The notes beneath the pieces are model-generated. The model was not told where the DNA came from, ran no database searches, and saw only the letters and a list, made by a program, of their open reading frames with translations. DNA of 61,157 nucleotides, the filler included, from Basidiobolus meristosporus CBS 931.73 (taxonomy: Eukaryota; Fungi; Basidiobolomycota), in the NCBI GenBank assembly GCA_002104905.1. It is 3 parts of 3 records of this genome, joined end to end, with 100 filler letters (N's around TTAATTAATTAA, not from the genome) between each part and the next. Parts side by side here need not be neighbours in the genome. Positions count along the whole stretch, not along the records: positions 44,552 to 61,157 come from MCFE01001115.1; 2 more parts are not named here. The stretch is one strand, 5' to 3'. A program made the translations under genes and the position numbers. Positions 44,552 to 56,643 of the stretch are shown in pieces (positions within the stretch are counted from its first letter, which is position 1; each line of letters begins with the position of its first letter).

Positions 44552-47500
44552 TCACTTAATGATTTATTGAATGTAAAAGTAGTATTTATACTTTTACCTG
44601 GTCTTGGCATTACAAACACGTAGAATAGGTTAAGGAAGGTCCCAAGAACATGTGTGCAAAGTTTGGGGCTGTTTGGACAACTTTGAGAATTTTCATGTTC
44701 TGGGTACCTGGTATTTTGGTGAAAATATTCTAAGTAAATCCCGACAAGGAATTTGGTCAGTATTCTCTAGGATTTGAAGGTAATGATCTAAGTGACTAAG
44801 TTAGGTGAATATTTAGGTGGAAATACAAATTTTTTACAACACTCCCACTCAGCTAAATGTTCATACTGACTAGTCCTAATTTTGACCTAAGATATTCAAA
44901 CTTGTCTCTAGCTAATGGTTTGGTAAATATGTCTGCAATCATTTCATCTGTAGGACAGTAAACTAATCTAACTAAGTTACTCTCTATAGCTTCACATATG
45001 AAATGATGTCTCATATCTATGTGCTTGGTTCTAGCATGAAAAGTTGGATTTCTACCTAATTGTATACATCCTTGATTATCTTGAAGTAAAGTAATAGGCA
45101 TTTTTTGACATAGGCCTAAATCTGTAAAGAGCTTTCCTAACCACATTGCTTCTTTTGTAGCTTCACAGGCTGCCATATATTCTGCCTCTGTAGTAGAAAG
45201 TGCTACGGTTGGTTGCTTTCTTGAATTCCATGAAATTGCTCCTTTACAGTAAAGAAAGGTGTATCCTGTGGTGGATCTTCTGTCTTCTAAGTTTTGTCCC
45301 CAATCAGCATCAGAGTATCCCACAAGATCCTGTTCTGAATCCTTATAAGTGTATCTTAAGCAGATATCAGCAGTTCCTTTTAGGTATCTAAAAATCCGCT
45401 TAACTGCTGCAATATGATCAGATCCATAATTCTGATTATGTTGGCTGACAACTCCCACTGAATATGAGATATCTGGACGTGTTCCAAGCATGATATACAT
45501 CAGACTGCCGGCCATAGATTGATAAGGAAAGTCAGGGCTTTCAGATGGCACCAAGCTCTCTTGATTTGGTTGAGTTTTGCCCAAGTTAAGGTTTGTCTCC
45601 ATTGGGGTAGCTGCCGGTTTACAGTCTTCCATTTTGTACTTCTTTAGTATATCTTGAATATACTTGGATTGGCTTAGGGTAATAGTCTGGGTACTTCTGT
45701 CTATGGAGAACTTAATCCCTAAGTAGTAACTAAGTTCTCCTAGATTGGACATCTTGAACTCCTTAGATAGGCTGGATTTAGTCTCTTCCAATGTTTCTAG
45801 GTTATTGGTGGCTATAATAAGATCATCCACATATAGAGCTAATAGAACTGGATTTGCTCTATCTGGCTTATAGTATATACTATAGTCAGCATTACTCCTT
45901 TTGAAACTCAAAGATTCCAAAAAAGAATCTATCTTGCAATTCCAGGCTCTCGGTGATTGTTTGAGACCATATAGTGACTTTTTAAGCTTGCAGACCAAAT
46001 GGGGGTTATCTTGGTCAACAAACCCATCAGGCTGGTCCATATACACGTCCTCATCAAGTTCTCCATTCAAAAATGCAGTTTTTACATCCATTTGATGAAT
46101 AAAAAACTTATATTTGGCTGCAATAGCCAATATTAATCTGATGGAATTAAACTTGGCTACCGGTGCAAAGGTCTCAGTATAGTCAAGTCCTTTTGTTTGA
46201 GAGTATCCTTTGGCTACAAGTCTTGCTTTGTATCTTTCAATTGTACCATCAGCCTTGTATTTTGTCTTGAAGACCCATCTGCATCCAATTGATTTTCGGT
46301 TGATTGGTAATTTGACTAAGTCCCAAGTTTGATTTTCCATTAGGGCCTGATATTCCTCAGTCATTGCAGATCTCCAAAACTTTGTCTGAGGGCTATTTAG
46401 GGCCTCTTTTACAGTCTGGGGTTCATCAATATGGACTGAATAGGCATAGGCTAAGTTTGTACCCTCATTAATATAGTAATTTGGGCTATTTCTTGTCCGA
46501 TTTGATCTCCGGGCATTTGATACTGGAATGATCACTTCTGGGATATTCCTGGGCACTGATTCTGGCTGAACCACGGTTGTAGAGTCCTCTGGAGTGAAAA
46601 AATTTTCATTGTTTTGCTTTGATTCAATCCTGACAATTGGTGGACTTGAGATCAAATTTTCGTCATCATCTGATGTCATTTTTTGTGAAAATTTTGAATT
46701 TTCATCAAACAGCACATCCCTGGACTTGATAAGCTTCTTTGCTTTGGTATTGTAGAGTCTGTATGCCTTACTCTCATTGCAGTAGCCCAAAAATATGCAT
46801 TTTACACTTTTTGGCTCAAATTTTGACTGATTTCCGGCCAGTTTTTTGGCATATGCTGTACACCCAAATATTCTTAGATGTTCTGCACTTGGTCTGTATC
46901 CATACCATGCTTCAAATGGAGTAGAATCACGAAGTATTCTGTTATAACTCCTATTTTTAAGATATACAGCAGTGGCAACTGATTCCGCCCAAAAATCATA
47001 GGATAATTTTTGATCATGGATCATAGATCTTGCCATATCAATTATTGATCTGTTAGCTTGTTCTGCTACTCCATTTTGCTGTGGGGAGTATGGTACAATT
47101 GTCTCTTGCTTTATCCCATGAATTTTGCAGAAGTGGATGAAGAGTTTTGAGGTATATTCTCCACCATTGTCAGAGCGTATTTTCTTGATTTTTTCACCAG
47201 TTTCTCTCTCCACCATGGCTTTAAACTCCCTGAGCTTAGACAGAGCTTCTTCCTTTCTCTCCATGAAGTAAACCCATGTGTATCTTGTATAATCATCAAT
47301 AAAAGTGATTAAATACTTCATCCCGCCTAAGGATAAATTTTGCATAGGTCCACACAGATCTGAGTGAATTAGATCTAATTTTTTCTTAGTTTTGATTAAC
47401 CCAGAGCTCTTGAACGGTTGTCTGGCTTGTTTCCCATATATGCAGGCTTCACAGTGCTCCAAATTAGCTGGGGGATCAATTTTCACTTCAGAAATTAGCT

Positions 47501-49176
47501 GATCTTTGATCATTTTACGCAAATAATCAAAATTGATGTGTCCAAATCTCCTGTACCAAAGCATTGGTGTTTCTTCATTTAAGTTACTTATATTGGCTTC
47601 CAGATATGATGGAATATAAGTTAACTTGTATAGATTCTGATCTCTGATGCCCAAAGCAATATGGGCACCATTTTGATCAGTGATCCTGCATCCAGAATTG
47701 TCAAAACTGAAACTGAGTCCTTCTGCTGTGGCCTTGCTTACAGAGAGTAGGTTCTTGGCTATTTCTGGTACATAGAGTACTTCTTTAAAGGTCAGTGTAT
47801 GGCTTCATTCACTGCTTCTAAGGTTTACTTGGATAGTTCCTTCTCCCACTGCATCAAGTGTTCTATTGTCACCCATGAAAACCTTCTTAATTGGAATTTC
47901 TTGATATTGGGTAAAAAGTTCTTTTTGGTGTGTAAAGTGTTGAGAAGCCCCAGAGTCAATATACCACGTCTGAGAATCCTTGTTTGTGGTCATATTTAGT
48001 GCAGATATGAATAGTCTATCTTCATTTGTTGCAGCATTTCTATATTCAGGCTTCTTTTGCTGATAATCTCTCTTTTTGAAACACCGGTCTGATGTGTGTC
48101 CTTTCCTTTTGCAGTAGTTGCAAAATAGGTTGCTGTTGCCTTTGTAGGGTCTTGGGTACCTCCTTTGTTGGTTATCATTGCTTATTAAAGCATTTTCTTC
48201 TTCCTTCTTATTAGCGCTTGATTTTCTTAATTCTTCATCCAGGAGCCTTCCATATACGTAATTTAAGGTCAAATCTTCAGTTCTGGACTCTAGGGCTGAT
48301 ACAAGGCCCTGAAACTCGTCTGTCAGGCTATTCAGGATGGTAACTATCACATCCTCATCAGTAGTTGGTACGCCCACAGATTCCATCTCATCTACCAGCA
48401 GGGTAATTCTGTTAATTAGATTTTTCATTTCTTCTCCTGGCAGCATCTTTGTAGTAAAGACTTTTCTTCTCAGATACATTTTCTTGGCAGCTGAACATGA
48501 CTGGTAGGTGTCTTCTAATGCTTTCCAGGCATTCTTTGCCGTTTTTGCTCTTGAGCATTGAATTAGCAATTTGTCCTTGACGTTAAGGCAAATGCAGTTA
48601 AAGGCACTTTGTTCTTTCTTCTGGTACTTTAAGGCTTCCTCTCCCACGTTTTTAGGAGGGCATTCTTCTCCCATGACAATATCCCAAAGGCCTCTTTCTT
48701 GCAGTAGCATCTTCATCTTCACCTTCCACACTTGGTAGTTAGATCCATCCAACTTTTCAGCAGAGGGAAAAATTCCAGTAATAGCAGTAGTAGACATTGC
48801 AGAGAGTGACAGCTCGGGGCTCATAACCTGTTGTAAGAGTCTCGGAGATATTGGAAGTGATTTGGAGAACAAGTAGATTATGTGGTTTTCACTTAATGAT
48901 TTATTGAATGTAAAAGTAGTATTTATACTTTTACCTGGTCTTGGCACTGCAAACACGTAGAATAGGTTAAGGAAGGTCCCAAGAACATGTGTGCAAAGTT
49001 TGGGGCTGTTTGGACAACTTTGAGAATTTTCATGTTCTGGGTACCTGACATTTTGTGAAAATATTCTAAGTAAATCCCAACAAGGAATTTGGTCAGCATT
49101 TTCTAGGATTTGAAGGTAATGATCTAAGTGACTAAGTTAGGTGAATATTTAGGTGGAAATACAAATTTTTACAACA
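44552..49176 (-). mobile_element. copia copy D, essentially full length (5' LTR 48829-49176; 3' LTR partial 44552-44841; PPT 44842-44850)
   Basis: Complete order LTR-PBS-gag-PR-IN-RT-RH-PPT-LTR. Inserted into the gag of copy E at TTCCA. Confidence 0.95.
44853..48797 (-). pseudogene. copia D single gag-pol frame (1315 codons) with one in-frame stop (GGA>TGA at 47805-47807)
   Basis: ORFs 47805..48956 and 44853..47654 are in the same frame; copy C has GGA at the stop position. Confidence 0.9.
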
Positions 49177-49813
49177 TTCCAGACATTCTTTGCCATGTTT
49201 GCTCTTGAGCATTGAATTAGCAATTTGTCCTTAACATTAAGGCAATTGCAGTTAAAGGCACTTTGTTCCTTCTTCTGGTACTTTAAGGCTTCCTCTACCA
49301 CATTTTTAGAAGGGTATTCCTCTCCCATGACAATATCCCAAAGGCCTCTTTCTGGTAGCAGCATCTTTTTTCACCTTCCACACTTGGTAGTTAGATCCAT
49401 CCAACTTTTCAGCAGAGGGAAAATTCCAGTAATAGCAGTAGTAGACATTGCAGAGAGTGACAGCTTGGGGCTCGTAACCTGTTGTAAGAGTCTTGGAGAT
49501 ATTGGAAGTGATTTGGGAGGACAAGTAGATTTTGTGGTTTTCACTTAATGATTTATTGAATGTAAAAGTAGTATTTATACTTTTACATGGCCTTGGCATA
49601 ACAAACACGTAGAATAGGTTAAGGAGGGTCCCAAGAACATGTGTGCAAAGTTTGGGGCTGTTTGGACAACTTATATAATTTTCATGTTCTGGGTAAATAC
49701 TCTAAGTAAATCCCAACAAGGAATTTGGTCAGTATTCTGTAGGATATGAAAGGTAATGATCTAGGTGAATTAGTTAGGTGAATATTTAGGTGGAATTACG
49801 AATTTTTACAACA
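49177..49813 (-). mobile_element. copia copy E: 5' LTR 49480-49813, PBS and gag start
   Basis: The LTR carries a ~15-nt deletion also seen at ~21970. PBS variant GGTTACGAGCCCC, followed by a gag fragment. Confidence 0.88.
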
Positions 49814-51005
49814 TTATAGACTCGCACTTTTCCAGATATCTGTTAGGTTCTCATTTGTCTTCTTTATTCACGATTTTAAAGAAAGATTTCACCACCTGGT
49901 GATTATCATTCCCCTCATATATTCAGCATCAAGCTAGAGAATAGAATTAAATGACATGTGAAGGCGGCATATGTAACTCATTATTACTTTAGCTAAATAG
50001 CCACTTTCAAACATAGAACCATGATGGAAAGCTTCATACTTGTCTGTATTAATAAGTGCAGTCATAATGCTAGTATACTGAGATATAAGGCAGTCCGGTT
50101 GTTGCCCAGCACTCTGTCATATATATTTAACGCTATCCACCCAAGCTAAAGGATACCGATTGCTGAGTTTTACGCATGCTACTGAATTTGGAACAACAGT
50201 TGATGCTATATGCAATATTGGTTGGTAGGACATGATATATCCGAGGAGAGTCAACTATTCTTGGATATTGATTTTGCCAGGATTAGGCTAAACAAACTGA
50301 CTAGTAGCCTTTTCCACGGTCTCGCACCCTAACCGTTATTCACTACTTTTCTTGCCGTGGAGCAGGGATAAATAGCGGGAGAATACAAGTGTTTCATCCC
50401 AGATTGGACCGGCAGCCCCTTGGTATAGCAGCATGAGAGAAGGACCCAGTTGTATGATTGGAGCAAGGTGTGTGGTACAGAATCCACTTGGTTAGATCCT
50501 CTCCACACAACACCACATGTCTGAGTGGCGGTATATACCCTCCCGGCAAGTATCTTCCTCGTGTTCAGTAGTGCTTTCGGCGCCCCAAGCGATGGCTATG
50601 GAGACCATTGATTTAGCTATATTTATCATAGTCACGCAACCACTGAAACATAATGTATCGATCCATATAGGTTATATAAGGCAAATAAATCCATATATGG
50701 CTATGTACCGCAACAATGAGAAAATGCCCAGATTGGAAGTTGAGTCCGAATTGTAGATCAGGAATAGCAAGATCTAGTAGCCGATATTCCCTGCTCTGTG
50801 GAAGTTATGATTACTTAAAACGGTTCCGCCAATAAAGTCGCAATTCGTTTCAAAACTGGAGGGGGTTCGGGTAAACAATGACACTGAGAGTGATTACCGA
50901 TAACGATCAAGGCAATTTATAAGTACTGGTGCATGCTAGGGATCTTCTCTAGTAAAATCGTCAACCCGATTTTTGGCCAATTTTTTCCCGCACTTACTGC
51001 AAGTT

Positions 51006-52163
51006 ATGCCCACTGCCAAATATGCTGCTTCCCCGTACATAACAAGTCAAAAAGACCTAGCGAACAAAGGCATTAACATCCCTTACCATTCATGCGAGTG
51101 CGATACTACCAGCTCCGCCACATCCTCCACTTCTTCCCTCGACTCTAATAGTGGCACCTTGTACAGCATTCCCAGTAGATTTATAGTGCCCACATGTAAG
51201 TCGAAGAAGCCCCACCATGAGCACAAACACCACTTTGGTTTGTTCAGAAAGAGTAAGAGTGAGAAGAAACATAAGGATTCCTATCTCCCCTTGTTGGAGG
51301 CATTAAAAAAGCGCAATGCCCCCTCCATCCACAAGCTCTATGGTGATTCCTCCCACCATGTATCAAGTGGGGCTGGCGGTAGCGTTCATGTCACCCGGTG
51401 TCCATGTAGTGGTAAAAGGTACGCCATCAAGAGTTTCCGCAAAAAAGCCGCCGGAGAGAATGCGGAGAGCTACTACCAATGGATTTCCAACGAAATTTAT
51501 ATCGCGATATCCCTCTCGCATCCGAACATTGTCCAAACAGTAGATGTGGTCCTAGAGGACAAGCAGGTACACCAAGTGATGGAGTACTGTCCGAGAGATC
51601 TGTTCACGCTTGCTCGTGAAGACTCATTGACCCAGCAACAGATAGATCGCTACTTCATGCAGCTGATGAATGGACTCTCATACCTACATCAACGTGGAGT
51701 AGCACACCGAGACCTGAAGTTGGAGAACCTGTGTATCGATGAGAAAGACGACTTGAAAATCATCGATTTCGGGTGTGCGTTCATTCTTCTCGATCCGTTC
51801 GCGGTGAACAGTAAAGCGTACGCCTCCTCCATCGTCGGATCTGACCCCTACATTGCGCCCGAGATCTTCTGCGGTGGTGTCTATGACGCTGCCAAAGCAG
51901 ACGTCTGGTCCGCCGCGATCATATACCTTTGTATGATTCTTCGCAAATTCCCGTGGGACATCGCGCGCACCAGCGATAAAAGCTATGGGAAGTTTTTGAA
52001 GCACCGCCACTCTGACAAATATTTCCGGAAAATCCCCACCGACGCGCTCAGCATTCTTAGAAGAATGCTGGATCCCAACCCTGACACAAGGGCCACTGTG
52101 GAAGATGTGCTTTACGACCCGTGGTTCCAAAGCCTGACCTCATCCTACGCCGCTTGTGAATAA
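51006..52163 (+). CDS. Ser/Thr protein kinase of the fungal HAL4/SAT4/HRK1/NPR1 group, intronless, 385 aa from the first ATG
   Basis: Motifs GAGGSV, YAIKSF, MEYC, HRDLKLENL, DFG, GSDPYIAPE and DVWS..I.YLCM..RKFPW; Ser/His/Lys-rich N-terminal extension. Confidence 0.9.
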   Translation: MPTAKYAASPYITSQKDLANKGINIPYHSCECDTTSSATSSTSSLDSNSGTLYSIPSRFIVPTCKSKKPHHEHKHHFGLFRKSKSEKKHKDSYLPLLEALKKRNAPSIHKLYGDSSHHVSSGAGGSVHVTRCPCSGKRYAIKSFRKKAAGENAESYYQWISNEIYIAISLSHPNIVQTVDVVLEDKQVHQVMEYCPRDLFTLAREDSLTQQQIDRYFMQLMNGLSYLHQRGVAHRDLKLENLCIDEKDDLKIIDFGCAFILLDPFAVNSKAYASSIVGSDPYIAPEIFCGGVYDAAKADVWSAAIIYLCMILRKFPWDIARTSDKSYGKFLKHRHSDKYFRKIPTDALSILRRMLDPNPDTRATVEDVLYDPWFQSLTSSYAACE

Positions 52164-52944
52164 TATTGCCCGCCTCTCTGTACCAAACATTTGTTGATTA
52201 ATCTTGTAAAATACCGCAACTATCACAAATAAACAACTGGAACTTGGATTCACCCGTCATTCTTCTCGATTCAATCCAAAACCCCATTGTTTGGCTGACC
52301 AATCCTTCCAAATCAGGTGTTACGATCGCTCCGAGCTTGTGGATGGGCCTGCCGTGCCGATACCTAGTGTAAAGTCCCGGGCACGTGTGTTGCTTGTAGC
52401 TATCATCGGGATCAGGGAGTCCTTGAAATCATTGGATATCGTGGATCAGTAACAAAGATGATCATCCTTTAATAGTGGGGCATTGGATCGACCCGGTCGC
52501 ACCGCAAGTAACCTGAATGAACCTGATGGGGGACAACCGGTTGGGGTTCAAAAATTCTAGATCCTATAGAATGACGTACGGCATCCGTGCATGAATCAGC
52601 CGGTTAGCATCCATGCATGGATGAGACCTTTTACTCGATTGAAGCGACAAAAAGTATGGTCCATTGCATCCATGATGGCGTTGGTGTTGGTGCTGGTCCA
52701 TATCCATACCTGTGTGTCCTAATCAAGGCCCGTGTGAACGAACATCATGAAAAAAATTAAACTCGAATGACGAATACTCGATTAAACCACAGATGATAAT
52801 GATTACGAGGATGATTCATCCAGCCCAATGATTGGCATGAAGAACAAGATAGAAATGCTGACAAATAACATGCCCGTTGGCGCGTATATAAAATCCGCCC
52901 GTCCACACCTTAATCTCCAATATTGAATTATTGAAGAAATCAAC

Positions 52945-53991
52945 ATGGCTTCCAAGAACACCCAAATCATCTTCAAGAAAGTCCCTGAGGGCATGCCAGT
53001 CATTGGGGAGCACATGGAGACAGTCACAAAGGACTTCGACCCGAGCTCTGTTACCCTCAACGATAACGATGTGCTTCTCCGTAACCTCTATATCTCTGTT
53101 GATCCTTACATGCGCGGTAGAATGCGCGCTGCCAACACGAAGTCCTATTCTCCGGCTTTCACCTTGGGCGAGGTGATGGCGGCTGGAGGAGTTAGTGAGG
53201 TGATCAAGTCCAAGAACCCCGAATACAAAGAGGGTGACATTGTCACTGGTATGGTCGGATGGGAGAACTACAGTGTCGTCCCTGAAGGCAAGGATCTCCG
53301 CAAGATCGATAATGCTCGCGAGTCTTCCATCCCACTGTCATATTACCTCGGCGTCTTGGGAATGCCAGGCATGACTGCATACTCTGGCTTGTTCAAGATC
53401 GGTGAACCCAAGAAAGGAGAGACCATCTTCATTTCTGCTGCATCTGGTGCTGTGGGCCAGGTTGTTGGCCAGATCGCCAAGGTGAAGGGACTCAGAGTGG
53501 TGGGCACTGCTGGCGATGACTCGAAGGTGGAGTACCTGCTCAAGGAGCTGAAGTTCGATGCGGCATTCAACTACAAGAAGGTTGATCTGGATCAGGCGCT
53601 GTCAGAGGCATGTCCCAACGGGATCGACGTGTACTTTGAGAATGTTGGTGGGAAGATGCTGGATGTGGTGCTGAAGCATTGCAACGATTTCGCCCGCATT
53701 CCAGTGTGCGGAATGATTTCTCAATATAACCGCACCCACGACCCCGAGCCTATCTACAATAGTTTCATGGTTTTGACCAAGAGAATCCGGTTCCAAGGAT
53801 TCATTGTCAGTGATATTGCAGGGGAGTTCGCGGCCCAATTCTCCAAGGATATGCCTACATGGATCAAAGAAGGGAAGCTGATCTACAAGGAGGACAAAAT
53901 GGATGGGATCGAGAATGCCCCCGAGGCCTTCCTCCGTATCCTACGTGGAGAGAATTTCGGTAAACAGGTGGTCAAACTTGCCGACCTATGA
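52945..53991 (+). CDS. NADP-dependent MDR oxidoreductase (alkenal/prostaglandin reductase, PTGR1/LTB4DH-like), copy 1, 348 aa
   Basis: Motifs LYISVDPYMRGRM, LGVLGMPGMTAY, SAASGAVGQ, GIDVYFENVGG, RIPVCGMISQYN and GENFGKQVV; intronless. Confidence 0.93.
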   Translation: MASKNTQIIFKKVPEGMPVIGEHMETVTKDFDPSSVTLNDNDVLLRNLYISVDPYMRGRMRAANTKSYSPAFTLGEVMAAGGVSEVIKSKNPEYKEGDIVTGMVGWENYSVVPEGKDLRKIDNARESSIPLSYYLGVLGMPGMTAYSGLFKIGEPKKGETIFISAASGAVGQVVGQIAKVKGLRVVGTAGDDSKVEYLLKELKFDAAFNYKKVDLDQALSEACPNGIDVYFENVGGKMLDVVLKHCNDFARIPVCGMISQYNRTHDPEPIYNSFMVLTKRIRFQGFIVSDIAGEFAAQFSKDMPTWIKEGKLIYKEDKMDGIENAPEAFLRILRGENFGKQVVKLADL

Positions 53992-54560
53992 TTGGGTCAG
54001 CCTAGATGTTTAGGTTGAATGTAAAATTCTTGGAAGTAAATACAACTTGTAATAAAGTCACGGAAAAATTCCTTCAAATTCTGAAATCCATTACATACTC
54101 CTCTCATAAATATGATAATGAATAAATGCTCCGTCCAGGCGCCTTTAAATATGAATCCATGTCCACCAGTCAAAAATATATCTCAGCCAGCAAAATGCAC
54201 AATAATCATGCCAACATGAAGGGCGGTATTGTAGACTGCGAATTTTCAAGCTTGAACGGGAATCGGGTTAAAATTTGTTGGGTTATGATTGGAACTCGAT
54301 GACACAATTAACGGGATTGTCTGCCGAGAATCCGAATTCCCGATTTTCACCGGGCCAATGGTAATATTTGGGCCAAACAATCGTCGTAATTCGTGCCACC
54401 ACCAAATATACCAAGAAGTGGAGTGAGCTTTGGCTACAATGTGAATGCCTAGCAAGTGCTCGAAAGTCCAGAAGCTGGTTGCTGACAAATGGATCCTTCA
54501 AGTGGATGGTATAAAGCATGCAGCGATGAAGCGGTCCACACAAAATCATTCAATATCAAC

Positions 54561-55607
54561 ATGTCCACCAAGAACACCCAAATCATCTTCAACAAAGTCC
54601 CCGAGGGTATGCCTGTCGCCGGGGAGCACATGAAGACAATCACAAAGGACTTCGACCCGAGCTCTGTTACCCTCAACGACAACGATGTGCTTCTCCGCAA
54701 CCTGTACATCTCAGTTGACCCTTATATGCGCGGCAGAATGCGCCCTGCCAATGTCAAATCCTATGCCCCAGCCTTCGCACTAGGAGAGGTGATGACGGCT
54801 GGAGGAGTCAGTGAGGTGATCAAGTCCAAGAACCCCGAATACAAAGAGGGTGACATTGTCACCGGTATGGTCGGATGGGAGAACTACAGTGTCGTCCCTG
54901 AAGGCAAGGATCTCCGCAAGATCGACAATGCTCGTCAGTCTCCCATCCCACTATCATACCATCTTGGCGTCTTAGGCATGCCGGGCATGACCGCTTACGC
55001 TGGCTTGTTCAAGATCGGTGAACCCAAGAAAGGAGAGACCATCTTCATTTCTGCTGCATCTGGTGCTGTGGGCCAGGTTGTTGGCCAGATCGCCAAGGTG
55101 AAGGGACTCAGAGTGGTGGGCACTGCTGGCGATGACTCGAAGGTGGAGTACCTGCTGAAGGAGCTGAAGTTCGATGCGGCATTCAACTACAAGAAGGTTG
55201 ATCTGGATCAGGCACTGTCAGAGGCATGTCCCAACGGGATCGACGTGTACTTTGAGAATGTTGGTGGGAAGATGCTGGATGTGGTGCTGAAGCACTGCAA
55301 CGATTTCGCCCGCATTCCGGTATGTGGGATGATCTCCCAGTACAACCGATTCCTAAACCCCGAGCCCATCTACAACATTGCCATGATCCTGACCAAGAGA
55401 ATCCGGTTCCAAGGATTCATTGTCCGCGAGATCGCCGCGGACTATGCGGCCCAGTTCGCCCAGGACGTCCCAGCATGGATCAAAGAAGGGAAGCTGATCT
55501 ACAAAGACGACCAAATGGATGGGATCGAGAATGCCCCCGAGGCCTTCCTCCGGATCCTTCGTGGAGAGAACTTTGGTAAGCAGGTTGTCAAGCTAGCGGA
55601 TTTGTAA
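54561..55607 (+). CDS. NADP-dependent MDR oxidoreductase, copy 2, 348 aa
   Basis: Same motifs. The start is placed at MSTKN (AATATCAACATG context) by homology to copy 1. Confidence 0.93.
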   Translation: MSTKNTQIIFNKVPEGMPVAGEHMKTITKDFDPSSVTLNDNDVLLRNLYISVDPYMRGRMRPANVKSYAPAFALGEVMTAGGVSEVIKSKNPEYKEGDIVTGMVGWENYSVVPEGKDLRKIDNARQSPIPLSYHLGVLGMPGMTAYAGLFKIGEPKKGETIFISAASGAVGQVVGQIAKVKGLRVVGTAGDDSKVEYLLKELKFDAAFNYKKVDLDQALSEACPNGIDVYFENVGGKMLDVVLKHCNDFARIPVCGMISQYNRFLNPEPIYNIAMILTKRIRFQGFIVREIAADYAAQFAQDVPAWIKEGKLIYKDDQMDGIENAPEAFLRILRGENFGKQVVKLADL

Positions 55608-56643
55608 TTCGATCAGCCTCGTGGGGGGGGGAGGGTCCACTAGTTCAGATAGAACACAATAAAGTCAGCATGTGGAGGTTTCACCACCCAAAATTAAGGT
55701 TTGCATCGGTGCGACATCCACGCCCAAATTAGTAAGTTTCCAAGGAACCTCTGACAGAGATAGAAAGCAGGGTCATGAATCGGCATCGGCCATCGTGAAT
55801 CGTAAAATTGACGAATGTGCCTAATGTGAGCAGGCCGTCGGTGAAACTACTGGTTATTGGTAAATCATCTCTTCAAAACAGAAGCCAATCGTATTAGGTG
55901 GTTGATACCAGAACATGACTATACTCTGGCTAGTTCAAGATCTAAGACCCATCTTTATTTACCACTGATGCTGTAGATCAGGTAGTTGGACTCCGAGAGA
56001 CTTAGGGTAATGATAACTGCAAGTTAGGATGTCTATTCTAAGCGCTCGACCTCGCCAAGGTTTACTTTACTCAAGCACTTTCGTGCAACTTGAGAATTAT
56101 CATGGAAGAACGGCGGGTAGATTGCCCGGGTTCCATATGCGAATGATCACCCAATACAGCTGCTCGCATGGTCCAACTTACCGGAAACGCACTAGATTCT
56201 AAAATTCGTGACAAGCCTATCTATCGAAAATAGCATCATGTATGGTGTTGACTAACGATACACCCAAGCACCCTTGATTTAGATCTCAATACTAAAAACC
56301 ATATGTACATCCCACCGTAATATATGCAAGAATCAGGTCAACATTAAACTTCACCTGAGTAAGAATTGGGTAGTTGTTATCAAGACAACATTAGCGGGGC
56401 TGTCTGCCGAGTATCCGAATTCCCGATTTTCACCGGGCCAATGATAATCTCTGGGCCAAACAATCGTCGTAATTCGTTCCACCACCAAATATACCAAGAA
56501 GTGGAGTGACCTACGACAACAATATGAGCGTCTACCAGATGCTCGAAGATTCTAATGCTGGTTGCTGACAAATGGATCCTTCAAATGGATGGTATAAAGC
56601 ATGCAGCAATGAAGCGGTCCACACAAAATCATTCAATATCAAC

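Noticed and set aside
47805-47807. In-frame TGA in copia D as programmed gag-pol readthrough
   Set aside because: It lies inside the protease region, and copies B and C have GGA there, so it is a private mutation or error.
54489-54560. 24-aa N-terminal extensions on reductase copies 2 and 3 in the ORF track
   Set aside because: Copy 1 lacks the extension and starts at the homologous downstream ATG, which has a strong A-rich context.
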